This document shows, piece by piece, positions 10,973 through 20,578 of a stretch of DNA of 64,000 bases (positions are counted from its first letter, which is position 1; each line of letters begins with the position of its first letter). The stretch is from assembly GCA_903944345.1 (NCBI GenBank), contig CAJARJ010000018.1:45933-109932 (forward strand), read 5' to 3'. The notes beneath the pieces were generated by a model. That model was not told the origin of the DNA. It saw only the letters and a list, made by a program, of their open reading frames with translations, and made no database searches. Made by a program: the position numbers and the translations under genes. The stretch is from Candidatus Omnitrophota bacterium. GTDB lineage: Bacteria > Omnitrophota > Gorgyraeia > Zapsychrales > Fredricksoniimonadaceae.

Positions 10973-12472
10973 TTAAATCTTCTTAACCTGTCCGGCCAGG
11001 GGCAGCTCGACCGTAAAAACCGAACCGCCTTTCCCCCGGCTTTCCGCTTTAATATCTCCACCGTGACCACGGGCAATAGCCAGGGCAATACTTAACCCTA
11101 GGCCATTACCCGGATCCTCACAAGAATCCGGCCTGTCCCGGCGAAAGAATCGGTCGAACACCCTGGGAAGGATATCGGCAGCAATCCCGCAACCCGTGTC
11201 GCAGACCTGGGCATACAACCGTTCATCCCGTTGAACAGCAGAAAGAACGACCGCACCTCCCGCATCAGTAAAACGAACCGCGTTATGGATCAGATTGAAA
11301 AAAAGTCTGCGTAAATGCAGCCTGTCGGCCGAAACCAGCAAGGCACCCTCGGGCAAATGCAACGTGATCTCAATACCTTTCTCCTCGCCAAGAATGCTGG
11401 CCTGACCAGAAATCTCACGAAAGAAAGCACAAAAGTCAAACACTTCCCGCCTGAAAATATCCGGATGATAATCAAGCCTGGCCAAAAGCAGAAGATCCTC
11501 CACCGTCTTGAGCATACGCTTTGTTTCTTCAAGATTGACCTCAATGACCCTGCGGTATTCCTGCGGGGAGCGCTCCTTGCGCAAAGCCAGCTCGGATTCA
11601 CCACGCATGATCGCCAGTGGCGTACGCAGCTCGTGTGCCACCTGGGAACTAAACTCCTCAATATGCCGAAAAGACTTCTCCAGTCGCCCGATCATTTCGT
11701 TAAACGCCGCCACCAGCCGCCGCATCTCCTCGTTATTCCGGGGCGGAGCCAGACGCTCCCCCAGTTTACGATGACTAATACGTTCCGCCGCTCCGGTAAC
11801 GTCCAATACCGGCTGCAACATCTGCCCGGCGAAAAAACGACCAAGCAGAAACATAAACACAAAGACAAACGGAATACTGAGCAGGATAACCCACAAACGT
11901 GTCCGCAAAATCTGGACAACCGGACGCTGGGAGGTGGCAATCTGCAAAAACCGCAACTGTCCTGCAACCACAAAAGGCACAGAAATACCCCGCAACACCC
12001 GCTTCTTGTAATAAACATCGGCAAAAATTACCCCATCAGTCCGGCCAGAAGTTGGCAGTTTCCGCGCCAGCACAAGAAGCAAATCAGTAGACAACCTCCG
12101 GCTGCGCCCACGAACCTGCCCATCTTTCGTTGTCAGAAAAAGCAGGTCTTCCTGCATGTTCAATTTTCCAAAATACTGAGTCCAATAGAAATCCAGTTTA
12201 GCCAGCAGCTCAAGTCTAACATCTATGTCCTCGGGAAAATTAATCCGGTTAAATACGTAATCCACAACCCTGGGGGAGTCGCCAACAGCCCGGGCGTAAA
12301 GATCAATAACCTTCTGGGTGACCCTTGCCTTGTTTCGAAGCTCGCGATCCAGCTCCTCGTACAGACTTCTGGAAAGCCCCCAGTACAGAAAAAAAGCGTA
12401 CAACAACAGAACAAGGCCCAGAATAAGGGAGAAAAGGATGCTGATTCGGGAACGAAAGGAACTGATTCTCAT
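10973..12472 (-). CDS. Heavy-metal-sensor-type (CusS-like) histidine kinase
   Basis: 2 TM, HAMP, AHELRTPL H-box, NLIHNA, DTGCG, GLGLSI; ATGA overlap with the regulator gene. Confidence 0.92.
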   Translation of the reverse strand: MRISSFRSRISILFSLILGLVLLLYAFFLYWGLSRSLYEELDRELRNKARVTQKVIDLYARAVGDSPRVVDYVFNRINFPEDIDVRLELLAKLDFYWTQYFGKLNMQEDLLFLTTKDGQVRGRSRRLSTDLLLVLARKLPTSGRTDGVIFADVYYKKRVLRGISVPFVVAGQLRFLQIATSQRPVVQILRTRLWVILLSIPFVFVFMFLLGRFFAGQMLQPVLDVTGAAERISHRKLGERLAPPRNNEEMRRLVAAFNEMIGRLEKSFRHIEEFSSQVAHELRTPLAIMRGESELALRKERSPQEYRRVIEVNLEETKRMLKTVEDLLLLARLDYHPDIFRREVFDFCAFFREISGQASILGEEKGIEITLHLPEGALLVSADRLHLRRLFFNLIHNAVRFTDAGGAVVLSAVQRDERLYAQVCDTGCGIAADILPRVFDRFFRRDRPDSCEDPGNGLGLSIALAIARGHGGDIKAESRGKGGSVFTVELPLAGQVKKI

Positions 12473-13146
12473 GCCGGATTCGCAGGCAAGCAATAGCCGC
12501 GTCCGCGCACAGTGTGGATCAGCGAGGGGGTTTCATCAATATCGATCTTGTCGCGCAAATGCTTGATGTGCACATCAATCACATTGGTAAAGCTGTCGAA
12601 ATCTTCATTCCAGACCTGCTCGGAAATCATGGTACGGGTCACAACTTCATCTGCGTGCAGCATCAGGAACTCAAGCAAAGCGTATTCTTTGGCACTGAGC
12701 GTTATTTCTTTACCGGAGCGAAAGACCCTGCGCGACAGCTGGTTAAGCTCAAGGTTCTGCACACGTAAAACATTGGAAGCCGAACCGGAAGAGCGCCGCA
12801 GCAACGAACGAACCCTGGCCAGGAATTCATCGAAAGAAAAAGGCTTGGTCATGTAATCGTCGGCGCCGGAATCAAGGCCCGAAACCTTGTCAGCCACCGC
12901 GTCCCGGGCCGTCAGCATAAGGATCGGAGTGCGCACTGCTTTCCTGCGCAGTTCGCGACAGATAGAAATACCGTCACGCTCCGGCAGCATGATATCAAGC
13001 ACAATCAGGTTGTAAGGGTTTGTTTCCGCAAGAAACAGCCCTTGTTCGCCGTCAAACGCCAGATCCACCGCAAAGTTTTCCTCTTTTAACCCGCGCTGGA
13101 TAAAACTGGCGATTTTTTTCTCGTCCTCAATCACGAGAATTCGCAT
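12469..13146 (-). CDS. OmpR-family response regulator (CusR-like)
   Basis: MRILVIEDE, LDIMLP, GADDYMTKPF, IHTVRGRGY. Confidence 0.95.
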   Translation of the reverse strand: MRILVIEDEKKIASFIQRGLKEENFAVDLAFDGEQGLFLAETNPYNLIVLDIMLPERDGISICRELRRKAVRTPILMLTARDAVADKVSGLDSGADDYMTKPFSFDEFLARVRSLLRRSSGSASNVLRVQNLELNQLSRRVFRSGKEITLSAKEYALLEFLMLHADEVVTRTMISEQVWNEDFDSFTNVIDVHIKHLRDKIDIDETPSLIHTVRGRGYCLPANPA

Positions 13147-13151
13147 ACAAT

Positions 13152-13769
13152 CTAACCTGTGAAAGCGGCCAGTGCTGTTTCAATCTGCACTCTTGCAGCA
13201 GAAAGAATTTCTGCTTCTTTCTCGGGGTAACGGTTTATGCCGGCAGCTGAAACGACGGCGGTCCGGTAACCCATAAATTCAAAAAGCTGCTTGCTCAGAC
13301 TCGAACTGTGATCAAGAGCGGACAAGTCACCTTCATAGGCTCCACCGCTGCTGGACACAATCAGCGCCTTGCGTGCCTTCATCAGTCCGGCATACCCTCC
13401 CTGAGAGATATCCCAGGTCTCACCTTTCTGCATGACAGAATCAAACCAGGCCTTGACCACCGCCGGCTGGGAGAAATTATACATAGGATACGCCAGAACC
13501 ACAATATCCGCACCCTTGAGTTGTGCGGTCATACGATCCATCTTTTTTAAATACTCCTGTTCGCGGGCATCCAGTTTCTGGCCAACATAATTTCTGTTAT
13601 AGTAGGCTGCGAGTCTTTCCGGCATAAGAAGATCCGGAACATCTTTGACCAGATCAAGCAAATCAACAACAACACCTTTCGACTTCAAAAGTCTCGCGGA
13701 ATAATCCGCGAGCTGCTTGGTACGGGAACGTTCCTGACGCGGACAATAAATAACAACCAAAGCTTTCAT
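13152..13769 (-). CDS. azoR: FMN-dependent NADH:quinone/azo reductase (AzoR/AcpD family)
   Basis: PMYNFSQPAVVKAWFD and SSSGGAY; ATGA overlap with nrdG. Confidence 0.85.
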   Translation of the reverse strand: MKALVVIYCPRQERSRTKQLADYSARLLKSKGVVVDLLDLVKDVPDLLMPERLAAYYNRNYVGQKLDAREQEYLKKMDRMTAQLKGADIVVLAYPMYNFSQPAVVKAWFDSVMQKGETWDISQGGYAGLMKARKALIVSSSGGAYEGDLSALDHSSSLSKQLFEFMGYRTAVVSAAGINRYPEKEAEILSAARVQIETALAAFTG

Positions 13770-14443
13770 TGGGCCTCCTTGTATAAAGAAACTATTTCCG
13801 ACCACTCCTCCTCGGAATATTCGGGCTTGTCCGCAAAAAAACCATAATCGAGAATCTTGCCTTCCAGAGTTCCGCGACGAAACAGGCACCTTTCTCCAGA
13901 GCCAAGCATTTGCACGATTTCGCGAGCATCCTCTACACCCAGAATCGGCTTTAACGCGGTTGTTCGAAACTGATGCTCAACCCCCGAACGTTTAAGAAGC
14001 TCGATTGACGCCAGCGGCCTTGCTATGTCGCTCATAACACCAATAGCCTTACAATAATATTGCGGGGACGATTTGACATCCATGGCAACAAAATCAAGCA
14101 AACCCCGCTCCAGCAATCCTCGCAAAACCTCCGGAGATGAGCCATTAGTGTCGAGTTTGATCAGAAAACCCATAGACTTGACACGCTCAAGAAAAGAGCC
14201 AAGCCCGGCATGGAGGGTAGGTTCACCGCCAGTCACAACCACTCCCTGCAACTGTCCTCGACGCTTCTCCAGAAAGGAAAAAACATCCTGCGGAGCCAGA
14301 GAAGATTCAAAAAGTTCCGGCAAAACCAGTTCAGGATTATGGCAAAAGGGACAGCGGTAGTTACACCCTTGGGTGAAAACGACCGCTGCCACCTTTCCCG
14401 GATAATCAATTAATGAGAACTTGAGCAGGCCTCCGATGAGCAT
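13766..14443 (-). CDS. nrdG: Anaerobic RNR activating radical SAM enzyme
   Basis: SLIDYPGKVAAVVFTQGCNYRCPFCHNP, VTGGEPT, KLDTNGS; next to nrdD. Confidence 0.93.
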   Translation of the reverse strand: MLIGGLLKFSLIDYPGKVAAVVFTQGCNYRCPFCHNPELVLPELFESSLAPQDVFSFLEKRRGQLQGVVVTGGEPTLHAGLGSFLERVKSMGFLIKLDTNGSSPEVLRGLLERGLLDFVAMDVKSSPQYYCKAIGVMSDIARPLASIELLKRSGVEHQFRTTALKPILGVEDAREIVQMLGSGERCLFRRGTLEGKILDYGFFADKPEYSEEEWSEIVSLYKEAQ

Positions 14444-16539
14444 ACCTGATACGTCTTCCTTTGCGTAAATTCGGACTTTTTTCCCTTGTTCCACTGACTG
14501 ACCGGACGCAGATAACCGACAATGCGGGAATAAACCTCGCACTCGTTCTGGCATTTCGGACAATGCGCATGCTCGCCAACGATATAGCCGCAGGTCGGAC
14601 ACACACTGAAAGTCGGAGAGATCGTAAAATAAGGCAGACTGTACTTTGTGCAGACTGTTTTAACGAACGACTTGACCGCTTCGGTATTATCAATCCGCTC
14701 TCCGACGAAAACATGAATAACTGTCCCCCCGGTGTAGCGCGTCTGCAGGCTGTCCTGATGATCCAGCAACTCGAAAATATCATCCGTATGATGCACCGGA
14801 AGATGGGTTGAATTGGAATAAAAAGGATCCCCTCCGGCCGCTTCGCGGACGCAATCGCGTTTGAGATCCGGATAAAGATCCTTGTCCATGCGGGCCAGAC
14901 GATAAGACACCCCTTCGGCAGGCGTCGCTTCCAGATTGTAATTGCTTCCGGTCTCCTGCTGGAAGCGTACCAGAACCTTGCGCATGAAATCCAGCACATC
15001 CTCGGCAAACTTTTTACCGCGAGGAGTGGAAATGTTTTCGCCCAGGAAATTCAGGCAGCATTCGTTCATGCCCACCAGTCCGATTGTGGAAAAATGATTC
15101 TTCCAGTACTGCTCGAAACGCGATTTGACGCTGCGCAGGTAATACTTCATGTAAGGATAAAGATTGTCGTCGGTAAACTGCTCCAGAACCTTGCGCTTGA
15201 TCTCCATGCTCTCCTTGGCCAGAACCATCATGTGTTCCAGGCTGGCATAGAAAGTCTCTTCGTTCTTGCAGACATGGCCCAGACGGGGCATGTTGATTGT
15301 GACCACCCCGATAGATCCGGTCAAAGGGGACGCGCCAAACAGGCCGCCGCCGCGCATGTTAAGCTCACGATTATCAATTCGCAGACGACAACACATACTG
15401 CGAGCGTCCTCGGGACTCATGTCAGAATTGATATAGTTGGCAAAATATGGAATACCATACTTGCCGGCCATATCCCACAAAGGAGTCAGCTGCGGATTAT
15501 CCCAGTCAAAATCCTTGGTCACATTGTAGGTCGGAATCGGAAAAGTGAAAACGCGCCCCTTGGCATCCCCTTCGATCATGACTTCCAGAAAGGCCTTGTT
15601 AAACATGTCCATCTCGGCCTGGAACTCGCCGTAAACCTGATCCTGAACTTCTCCACCTACAATGACCCCCTTGTCCTTGTAATAGGAAGGAACCCGAACA
15701 TCCAGAGTCACATTAGTAAAAGGCGTCTGGAACCCAACCCGGGTCGGGACATTAACATTAAAAAGAAATTCCTGCAAAGCCTGACGGACATCCCTATAAG
15801 TCAGGCCGTCGTAACGGATAAAAGGGGCGAGCAAGGTATCAAAATTGGAGAACGCCTGGGCTCCGGCCGCTTCGCCCTGAAGCGTATAGAAAAAGTTAAC
15901 CACCTGTCCCAGCGCCGAGCGAAAATGCTTGGCCGGACGGCTTTCAGATTTGCCGGAAGCGCCTTTGAATCCCTGCATCAAAAGATCATACAAATCCCAG
16001 CCGACACAGTACACGCTGATGCTGTTAAGATCGTGAATATGAAAATCCCCGTTATGGTGGGCATCGCGAATCTCGGCCGGATAAATCTTGTTTAGCCAAT
16101 AGTCTTTGGAAATCTCGGAAGAAATATAATGATTGAGCCCCTGCAGGGAATACGCCATGTTGGAGTTTTCGTTAACTTTCCAGTCGCGGCGGGAAAGATA
16201 CTCATCAACAATACTTACATTAAAACGACCGGCAATCTCGCGCATGCGTGCATGCTGATCACGGTAAATAATGTAGGATTTGGCTGCCTTGCGATAGGGA
16301 GATGTCAACAGGACTTCTTCGACGATATCCTGTATCCCCTCGACCGTCGGCAGTCCGGTTGGATACGACTGCAAGGCAAGGTTAAGCACCCGGATTGTCA
16401 GCTTCTGGGCGGCTTCCTCGCCAAACTCTCCCGAAGCCTGGCCGGCTTTAAGAATAGCCCGGGCGATCTTGCCCGTTTCAAAAGCGACTTCAATTCCGTT
16501 GCGTTTGACAATCCGGTTAAAAATTTGCGTGGTGTGCAC
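14410..16539 (-). CDS. nrdD: Class III ribonucleoside-triphosphate reductase with ATP-cone
   Basis: N-terminal IVKRNG ATP-cone, HIHDL, SMCCRL, EATPAEG, CPTC/CPKC Zn site, YSRIVGYLRP glycyl loop. Confidence 0.96.
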   Translation of the reverse strand: MHTTQIFNRIVKRNGIEVAFETGKIARAILKAGQASGEFGEEAAQKLTIRVLNLALQSYPTGLPTVEGIQDIVEEVLLTSPYRKAAKSYIIYRDQHARMREIAGRFNVSIVDEYLSRRDWKVNENSNMAYSLQGLNHYISSEISKDYWLNKIYPAEIRDAHHNGDFHIHDLNSISVYCVGWDLYDLLMQGFKGASGKSESRPAKHFRSALGQVVNFFYTLQGEAAGAQAFSNFDTLLAPFIRYDGLTYRDVRQALQEFLFNVNVPTRVGFQTPFTNVTLDVRVPSYYKDKGVIVGGEVQDQVYGEFQAEMDMFNKAFLEVMIEGDAKGRVFTFPIPTYNVTKDFDWDNPQLTPLWDMAGKYGIPYFANYINSDMSPEDARSMCCRLRIDNRELNMRGGGLFGASPLTGSIGVVTINMPRLGHVCKNEETFYASLEHMMVLAKESMEIKRKVLEQFTDDNLYPYMKYYLRSVKSRFEQYWKNHFSTIGLVGMNECCLNFLGENISTPRGKKFAEDVLDFMRKVLVRFQQETGSNYNLEATPAEGVSYRLARMDKDLYPDLKRDCVREAAGGDPFYSNSTHLPVHHTDDIFELLDHQDSLQTRYTGGTVIHVFVGERIDNTEAVKSFVKTVCTKYSLPYFTISPTFSVCPTCGYIVGEHAHCPKCQNECEVYSRIVGYLRPVSQWNKGKKSEFTQRKTYQVCSSEACSSSH

Positions 16540-16571
16540 TTTCCCTCCCTGTAGTTTGGGGTGTTAAACAA

Positions 16572-17357
16572 TCACTGCCGATACTGCCCATGACGTTTGC
16601 GCGTCGCCGCGTCGTCAAAAGGTTCGTACCGTCTTTTTTCTTCTTCATAAACCGACAAAACTTTCAGCCCCGAAAAAGCCCGCTTGATCAAAAACATCTG
16701 ACCTTCATCCAGCGGCTTGACCGGACTAGGCCGCAATGGCGTATTAAGCTGAACCTCATCCGGGGCAATCCGGCGCGCCATCCGGGCTATTTCTGCCGCA
16801 GAATCCTTGTTCGCTTCGGTCATCATGATCTGCAGGGCCATCCGGCCCTTGAATGTTTTTCTGAAATCCACCAAACCGGCCACTATTTTCTCAAGAGTGA
16901 TTCCGGGACAGGGAACATTGACAGCCTCAAAGGTTTTCTGATCCGCAGCTTCCAGCTTGAAAAGAACAAAATCTGCCTCTGCCAGGTCTAACCTGACCGC
17001 CGCATCCTGAATGGTGGACGAATTGGTGATAACTGCGGTCTTGAACGCAAAGCCGCTATGCACCGCCCGGATCATGGCGCCCAGATTGGCCGCAAGAGTC
17101 GGCTCACCATTACCGGAAAAAGTCACATAGTCAATACAAACATCTGCAGGCAGACCTTTAAGTTCGGATACTATATCCTCAACAGATACAAATACTTTGC
17201 GCTCAACACCAAAAGAATTGGCCGCGCCAAGCTGACAATACGAGCAGGCGAAATTACAATATTTACGCTCTGTATTAAGTGGATCAACCCCAAGAGACAT
17301 GCCCAGCCGCCAGGAATAAACCGGACCATAAATATACTTAAAGGCTGAAGCTGTCAT
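16572..17357 (-). CDS. Uncharacterised radical SAM protein (YIYGPV.S.RLG.SLG family)
   Basis: CNFACSYC, TFSGNGEPTL, EVQLNTPLRP. Confidence 0.88.
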   Translation of the reverse strand: MTASAFKYIYGPVYSWRLGMSLGVDPLNTERKYCNFACSYCQLGAANSFGVERKVFVSVEDIVSELKGLPADVCIDYVTFSGNGEPTLAANLGAMIRAVHSGFAFKTAVITNSSTIQDAAVRLDLAEADFVLFKLEAADQKTFEAVNVPCPGITLEKIVAGLVDFRKTFKGRMALQIMMTEANKDSAAEIARMARRIAPDEVQLNTPLRPSPVKPLDEGQMFLIKRAFSGLKVLSVYEEEKRRYEPFDDAATRKRHGQYRQ

Positions 17358-17431
17358 TTAAAACCTGTGTAATTGCAAGAGATGCAGCAAGAAATGTTGA
17401 AACGTCAAATCATGAACCTGGATTTTGATAA

Positions 17432-17500
17432 AAACTATATGTTGTTGCGGTCGCGCCTTTGCAACACAATATATAGTATAATCGCTGGAGATATTGTCAA
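17432..17500 (-). promoter_or_regulatory. Tandem NrdR boxes and promoter
   Basis: aaaCTAtATgTTGttg (17432-17447) and acaCAAtATaTAGtat (17464-17479), 32 bp apart, match acaCwAtATaTwGtgt; TTGACA at 17495-17500. Confidence 0.85.
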
Positions 17501-17555
17501 TCTCTTTTCCTGAATTTATCCCGATTTTCAACAAACAAATTCGCAAAATCCCGGG

Positions 17556-18947
17556 CTATGGCCCGATTGCGGTTCCTCGCCGGGAGATATCACGAAAAAC
17601 GGATTGAGCCCACTGTTTGGCAATAGCATGATCAACCAGCAAAGGACAATATCCCGCACGCGCCAGCCTGAGGGGGTCATGGATGTCGACGGGCGATAAA
17701 TTTCCCAATTCCGGTAGCCATTTTTTAATATATTTTACCTCCGGGTCAAAACGGGTCTGTTGCAGCCAGGGATTAAAAATACGAAAGTACGGCTGATGAT
17801 CGCAGCCGGTCGAGGCCGCCCACTGCCAGTTACCATTATTAAGTGCAGGATCGTAATCGAGCAGCCGGGAGGCAAAATAACGCTCCCCCTTGCGCCAGTC
17901 AACGTGCAAATCTTTAACCAGAAAAGAGGCTGTGACCATGCGGCAGCGATTATGCATAAAACCGGTCGTATTAAGCTCCCTCATCCCGGCATCAACCAGA
18001 GGAAATCCAGTGCGCCCCTCGCACCAGGCTAAAAAGAAATCTTCCCTGTTCTCCCAGCGAATCGCGTCGTATTCAGGATAAAAAGCCCCTGTGAACACAT
18101 GCGGGAAATGCCAGGCAATATGAGTAAAAAAATCCCGCCAATAAAGCTGACGAATAAGCGGATGATCGTCACCTAATACGCGGGATATCGCCGCATGTGC
18201 TTCGCGCACAGAAAGCGTTCCGAATTTAAGGTGAGCCGAAAGACCACTGGTCGCGGCGAGCGCCGGGATATCCCGCCGGGAAGCGTAATCCTTCAGGTGC
18301 TCAAAATTTTTCAGAATCTTTATGACCTGAGCTCGACCGCCCAAGAAGGCCAGCCGCGGATTGTGTATCTCCCTGAGCTGACCCTCTTTATAACTATGAC
18401 GACTCGGGCACACCCCCCCTAAAAGAGTTCTTGCAGGAAAGCTTTCCGCCGGTAAAGGCGCAGCCTGGCTCAAAGCCTTGCGGTAAAACGGCGTAAAGAC
18501 TGTATACGGCCCACCGGCATCTCTGATCACCGATCCCGGCGGGAAAAGCAGAGTGTCATGCATTTGCTCACAGGTGCACCCGCACTCGGTGAGCCGTTGA
18601 CGCATGACAGCATCCCTGCGACAACTGAAAGGGGTATAATCCTGGTTCCAGAAAACCGCTTCTATTTTGTGTTCAGCGACAAGATCGGGTACGACATCCT
18701 CGGCCAGCCCGTAATAGAAATTAAGTCGGCCGCCTTTGTCAGCCAGGCTCCGCTCAAGATCGGCCAGGGATTGCCGCAGAAACTCGAAGGCATTGGGACT
18801 GAAATAATCGTGCGGTTCGCATTGCCTGGGATCAAAAATAAAAGCCGTAATGACCTGTCGCGAAACTTTCATGGCCCTGATCAAGGCCGTATTGTCGTCC
18901 AGGCGCAGGTCGCGGCGAAAGATAAAAAGAGAGCGAGCGTAAGCCAT
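17556..18947 (-). CDS. phrB: Deoxyribodipyrimidine photolyase/cryptochrome family protein
   Basis: FRRDLRLDDN, TSGLSAHLKFG, GFMHNRCRM, DYDPALNNGNWQW, YFRIFNP. Confidence 0.95.
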   Translation of the reverse strand: MAYARSLFIFRRDLRLDDNTALIRAMKVSRQVITAFIFDPRQCEPHDYFSPNAFEFLRQSLADLERSLADKGGRLNFYYGLAEDVVPDLVAEHKIEAVFWNQDYTPFSCRRDAVMRQRLTECGCTCEQMHDTLLFPPGSVIRDAGGPYTVFTPFYRKALSQAAPLPAESFPARTLLGGVCPSRHSYKEGQLREIHNPRLAFLGGRAQVIKILKNFEHLKDYASRRDIPALAATSGLSAHLKFGTLSVREAHAAISRVLGDDHPLIRQLYWRDFFTHIAWHFPHVFTGAFYPEYDAIRWENREDFFLAWCEGRTGFPLVDAGMRELNTTGFMHNRCRMVTASFLVKDLHVDWRKGERYFASRLLDYDPALNNGNWQWAASTGCDHQPYFRIFNPWLQQTRFDPEVKYIKKWLPELGNLSPVDIHDPLRLARAGYCPLLVDHAIAKQWAQSVFRDISRRGTAIGP

Positions 18948-18954
18948 GTCCGGA

Positions 18955-19992
18955 CTAAAGCCACCTTCTCTTGCGGAAATAGACGAGCATCCCCGCCGCC
19001 ACCGCCGACATCAACCCCAGTGCCCAGATGTAGCCAAAAGGCCAAAGCAATTCGGGCATGTTAAAAGGCGAAGCATGCGGGTTGAAATTCATTCCATAGA
19101 CTCCGGCAATAAAGGTCAGTGGCATAAAAATCGTGGCAATAATCGTGAGCACCTTCATAACCTCGTTGGTACGATAACTTACGGTAGAAAGATATATCTC
19201 CAGCATGCCCGAGGCGGTATCACGCAGCACCTCGATTTTGTCTGCCGCCTGGATAACATTATTATACAAATCTCGAAAATACACCTCCGTCGCCGGACGG
19301 ACGAGGACGGATTCACCCCGGGCCAGGGAATGCACGGCCTCGCGCAAAGGCCATACCGAACGGCGCAGGGTCAGAAAATCTTTCTTGAGGCGGCTCATCC
19401 GCTTGAGCAATCCCGGATCCGTCTTTTGAAAAAGCAGAGTATCCATGGCCTGTAAATCTTCACCGATCACATCAATTACGTCAAAATAACGCTCAACCAG
19501 CGCAGCCAAAAGAGCATGCAACAGATAATCTGCCCCCGCCTCGCGCAAACGCGCGTAGCCCGAACGCAGCCGCCGGCGGACCGGATCAAAGACATCTCCT
19601 TCCCTGCCTTCCTGGAAAGTGATCAGAAAATTATTACCCAATATAAAACTAACCTGCTCCTCCTGCAGACGGCTCTCTTTCCGGTCACGGGAAAGCATGC
19701 GGGCCAGCACAAAAACATGGCTGCCGTACTCAACCATGCGGGGGCGCTGATGCGCCTGGGTGATATCTTCCAGCATCAGGTGATGAACACCGTAAGCCTC
19801 TTCCAGACGGGCAAGAACATCGGGACAATCCAGCCCCTCCACATTGATCCAGGTGACTGTGGGCTTGTCGCGATAGGGGACACACTCCTCGACATCTTTG
19901 ACATCATGTTCACGCAAGGAGCTACCGTCATAATCCATAACGGTAATGCGAACAGGAGAGGCGGTTGTTTTTCGGGGTGGATGCGCGTTCAT
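18955..19992 (-). CDS. corA: Magnesium/cobalt transporter CorA
   Basis: PLTFIAGVYGMNF and MPEL; two C-terminal TM segments. Confidence 0.96.
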   Translation of the reverse strand: MNAHPPRKTTASPVRITVMDYDGSSLREHDVKDVEECVPYRDKPTVTWINVEGLDCPDVLARLEEAYGVHHLMLEDITQAHQRPRMVEYGSHVFVLARMLSRDRKESRLQEEQVSFILGNNFLITFQEGREGDVFDPVRRRLRSGYARLREAGADYLLHALLAALVERYFDVIDVIGEDLQAMDTLLFQKTDPGLLKRMSRLKKDFLTLRRSVWPLREAVHSLARGESVLVRPATEVYFRDLYNNVIQAADKIEVLRDTASGMLEIYLSTVSYRTNEVMKVLTIIATIFMPLTFIAGVYGMNFNPHASPFNMPELLWPFGYIWALGLMSAVAAGMLVYFRKRRWL

Positions 19993-20041
19993 GATGATTT
20001 GACTATAGCATTCCTGAACTCGTGGTCAAGCAAGGAAATGA

Positions 20042-20569
20042 CTAAGGATTTGTATGTCGATTGGAAGCAGCCGGGTCAAAACGCAACGCCGCTGAATTGA
20101 TGCAGAAACGGCGGCCTTCTGGAGCCGGGCCGTCTTCAAAAACATGCCCCAGGTGCCCGCCGCAAACCAGGCAATAGGCTTCCGTCCGGTGCATGCCGTG
20201 CGAGCGGTCTTCCCGCAACCCTATACTGCCTTCCGGTGCCGGGCGAAGGAAACTCGGCCACCCCGTACCGGAATCAAACTTGTCCTGCGACAAAAAGAGT
20301 GCCGTGCCGCAGGCCGCACAACGATAGACTCCGGGCTGGTGATGATCGGCATACACGCCGCTGAATGGCCGTTCCGTACCCCTTTCCCTCAGGACGCGGT
20401 ATTCCTCGGAAGAAAGCAGTTTCTTCCACTCATCCTCGGAACGCGACGCCGTCGGCCCCTTGGGCAAAGGACAAATTGCGTTTTGCACCACCCGGCTCTG
20501 TCCTGTCTTCATATCAGCACACCCCGCATAAAACAGCGTAACTATAACCAAAACAAAAACGGCATACAA
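20042..20569 (-). CDS. msrB: Peptide-methionine (R)-S-oxide reductase with lipoprotein signal
   Basis: GTERPF, KFDSGTGWPSF, GHLGHVF.DGP, RFCINS; N-terminal lipobox-like YAGC. Confidence 0.93.
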   Translation of the reverse strand: MYAVFVLVIVTLFYAGCADMKTGQSRVVQNAICPLPKGPTASRSEDEWKKLLSSEEYRVLRERGTERPFSGVYADHHQPGVYRCAACGTALFLSQDKFDSGTGWPSFLRPAPEGSIGLREDRSHGMHRTEAYCLVCGGHLGHVFEDGPAPEGRRFCINSAALRFDPAASNRHTNP

Positions 20570-20578
20570 TGCCCCCCA

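Noticed and set aside
17358-17546. 62-aa ORF upstream of the radical SAM gene
   Set aside because: It overlies the promoter and NrdR boxes and has no clear RBS or family signal.
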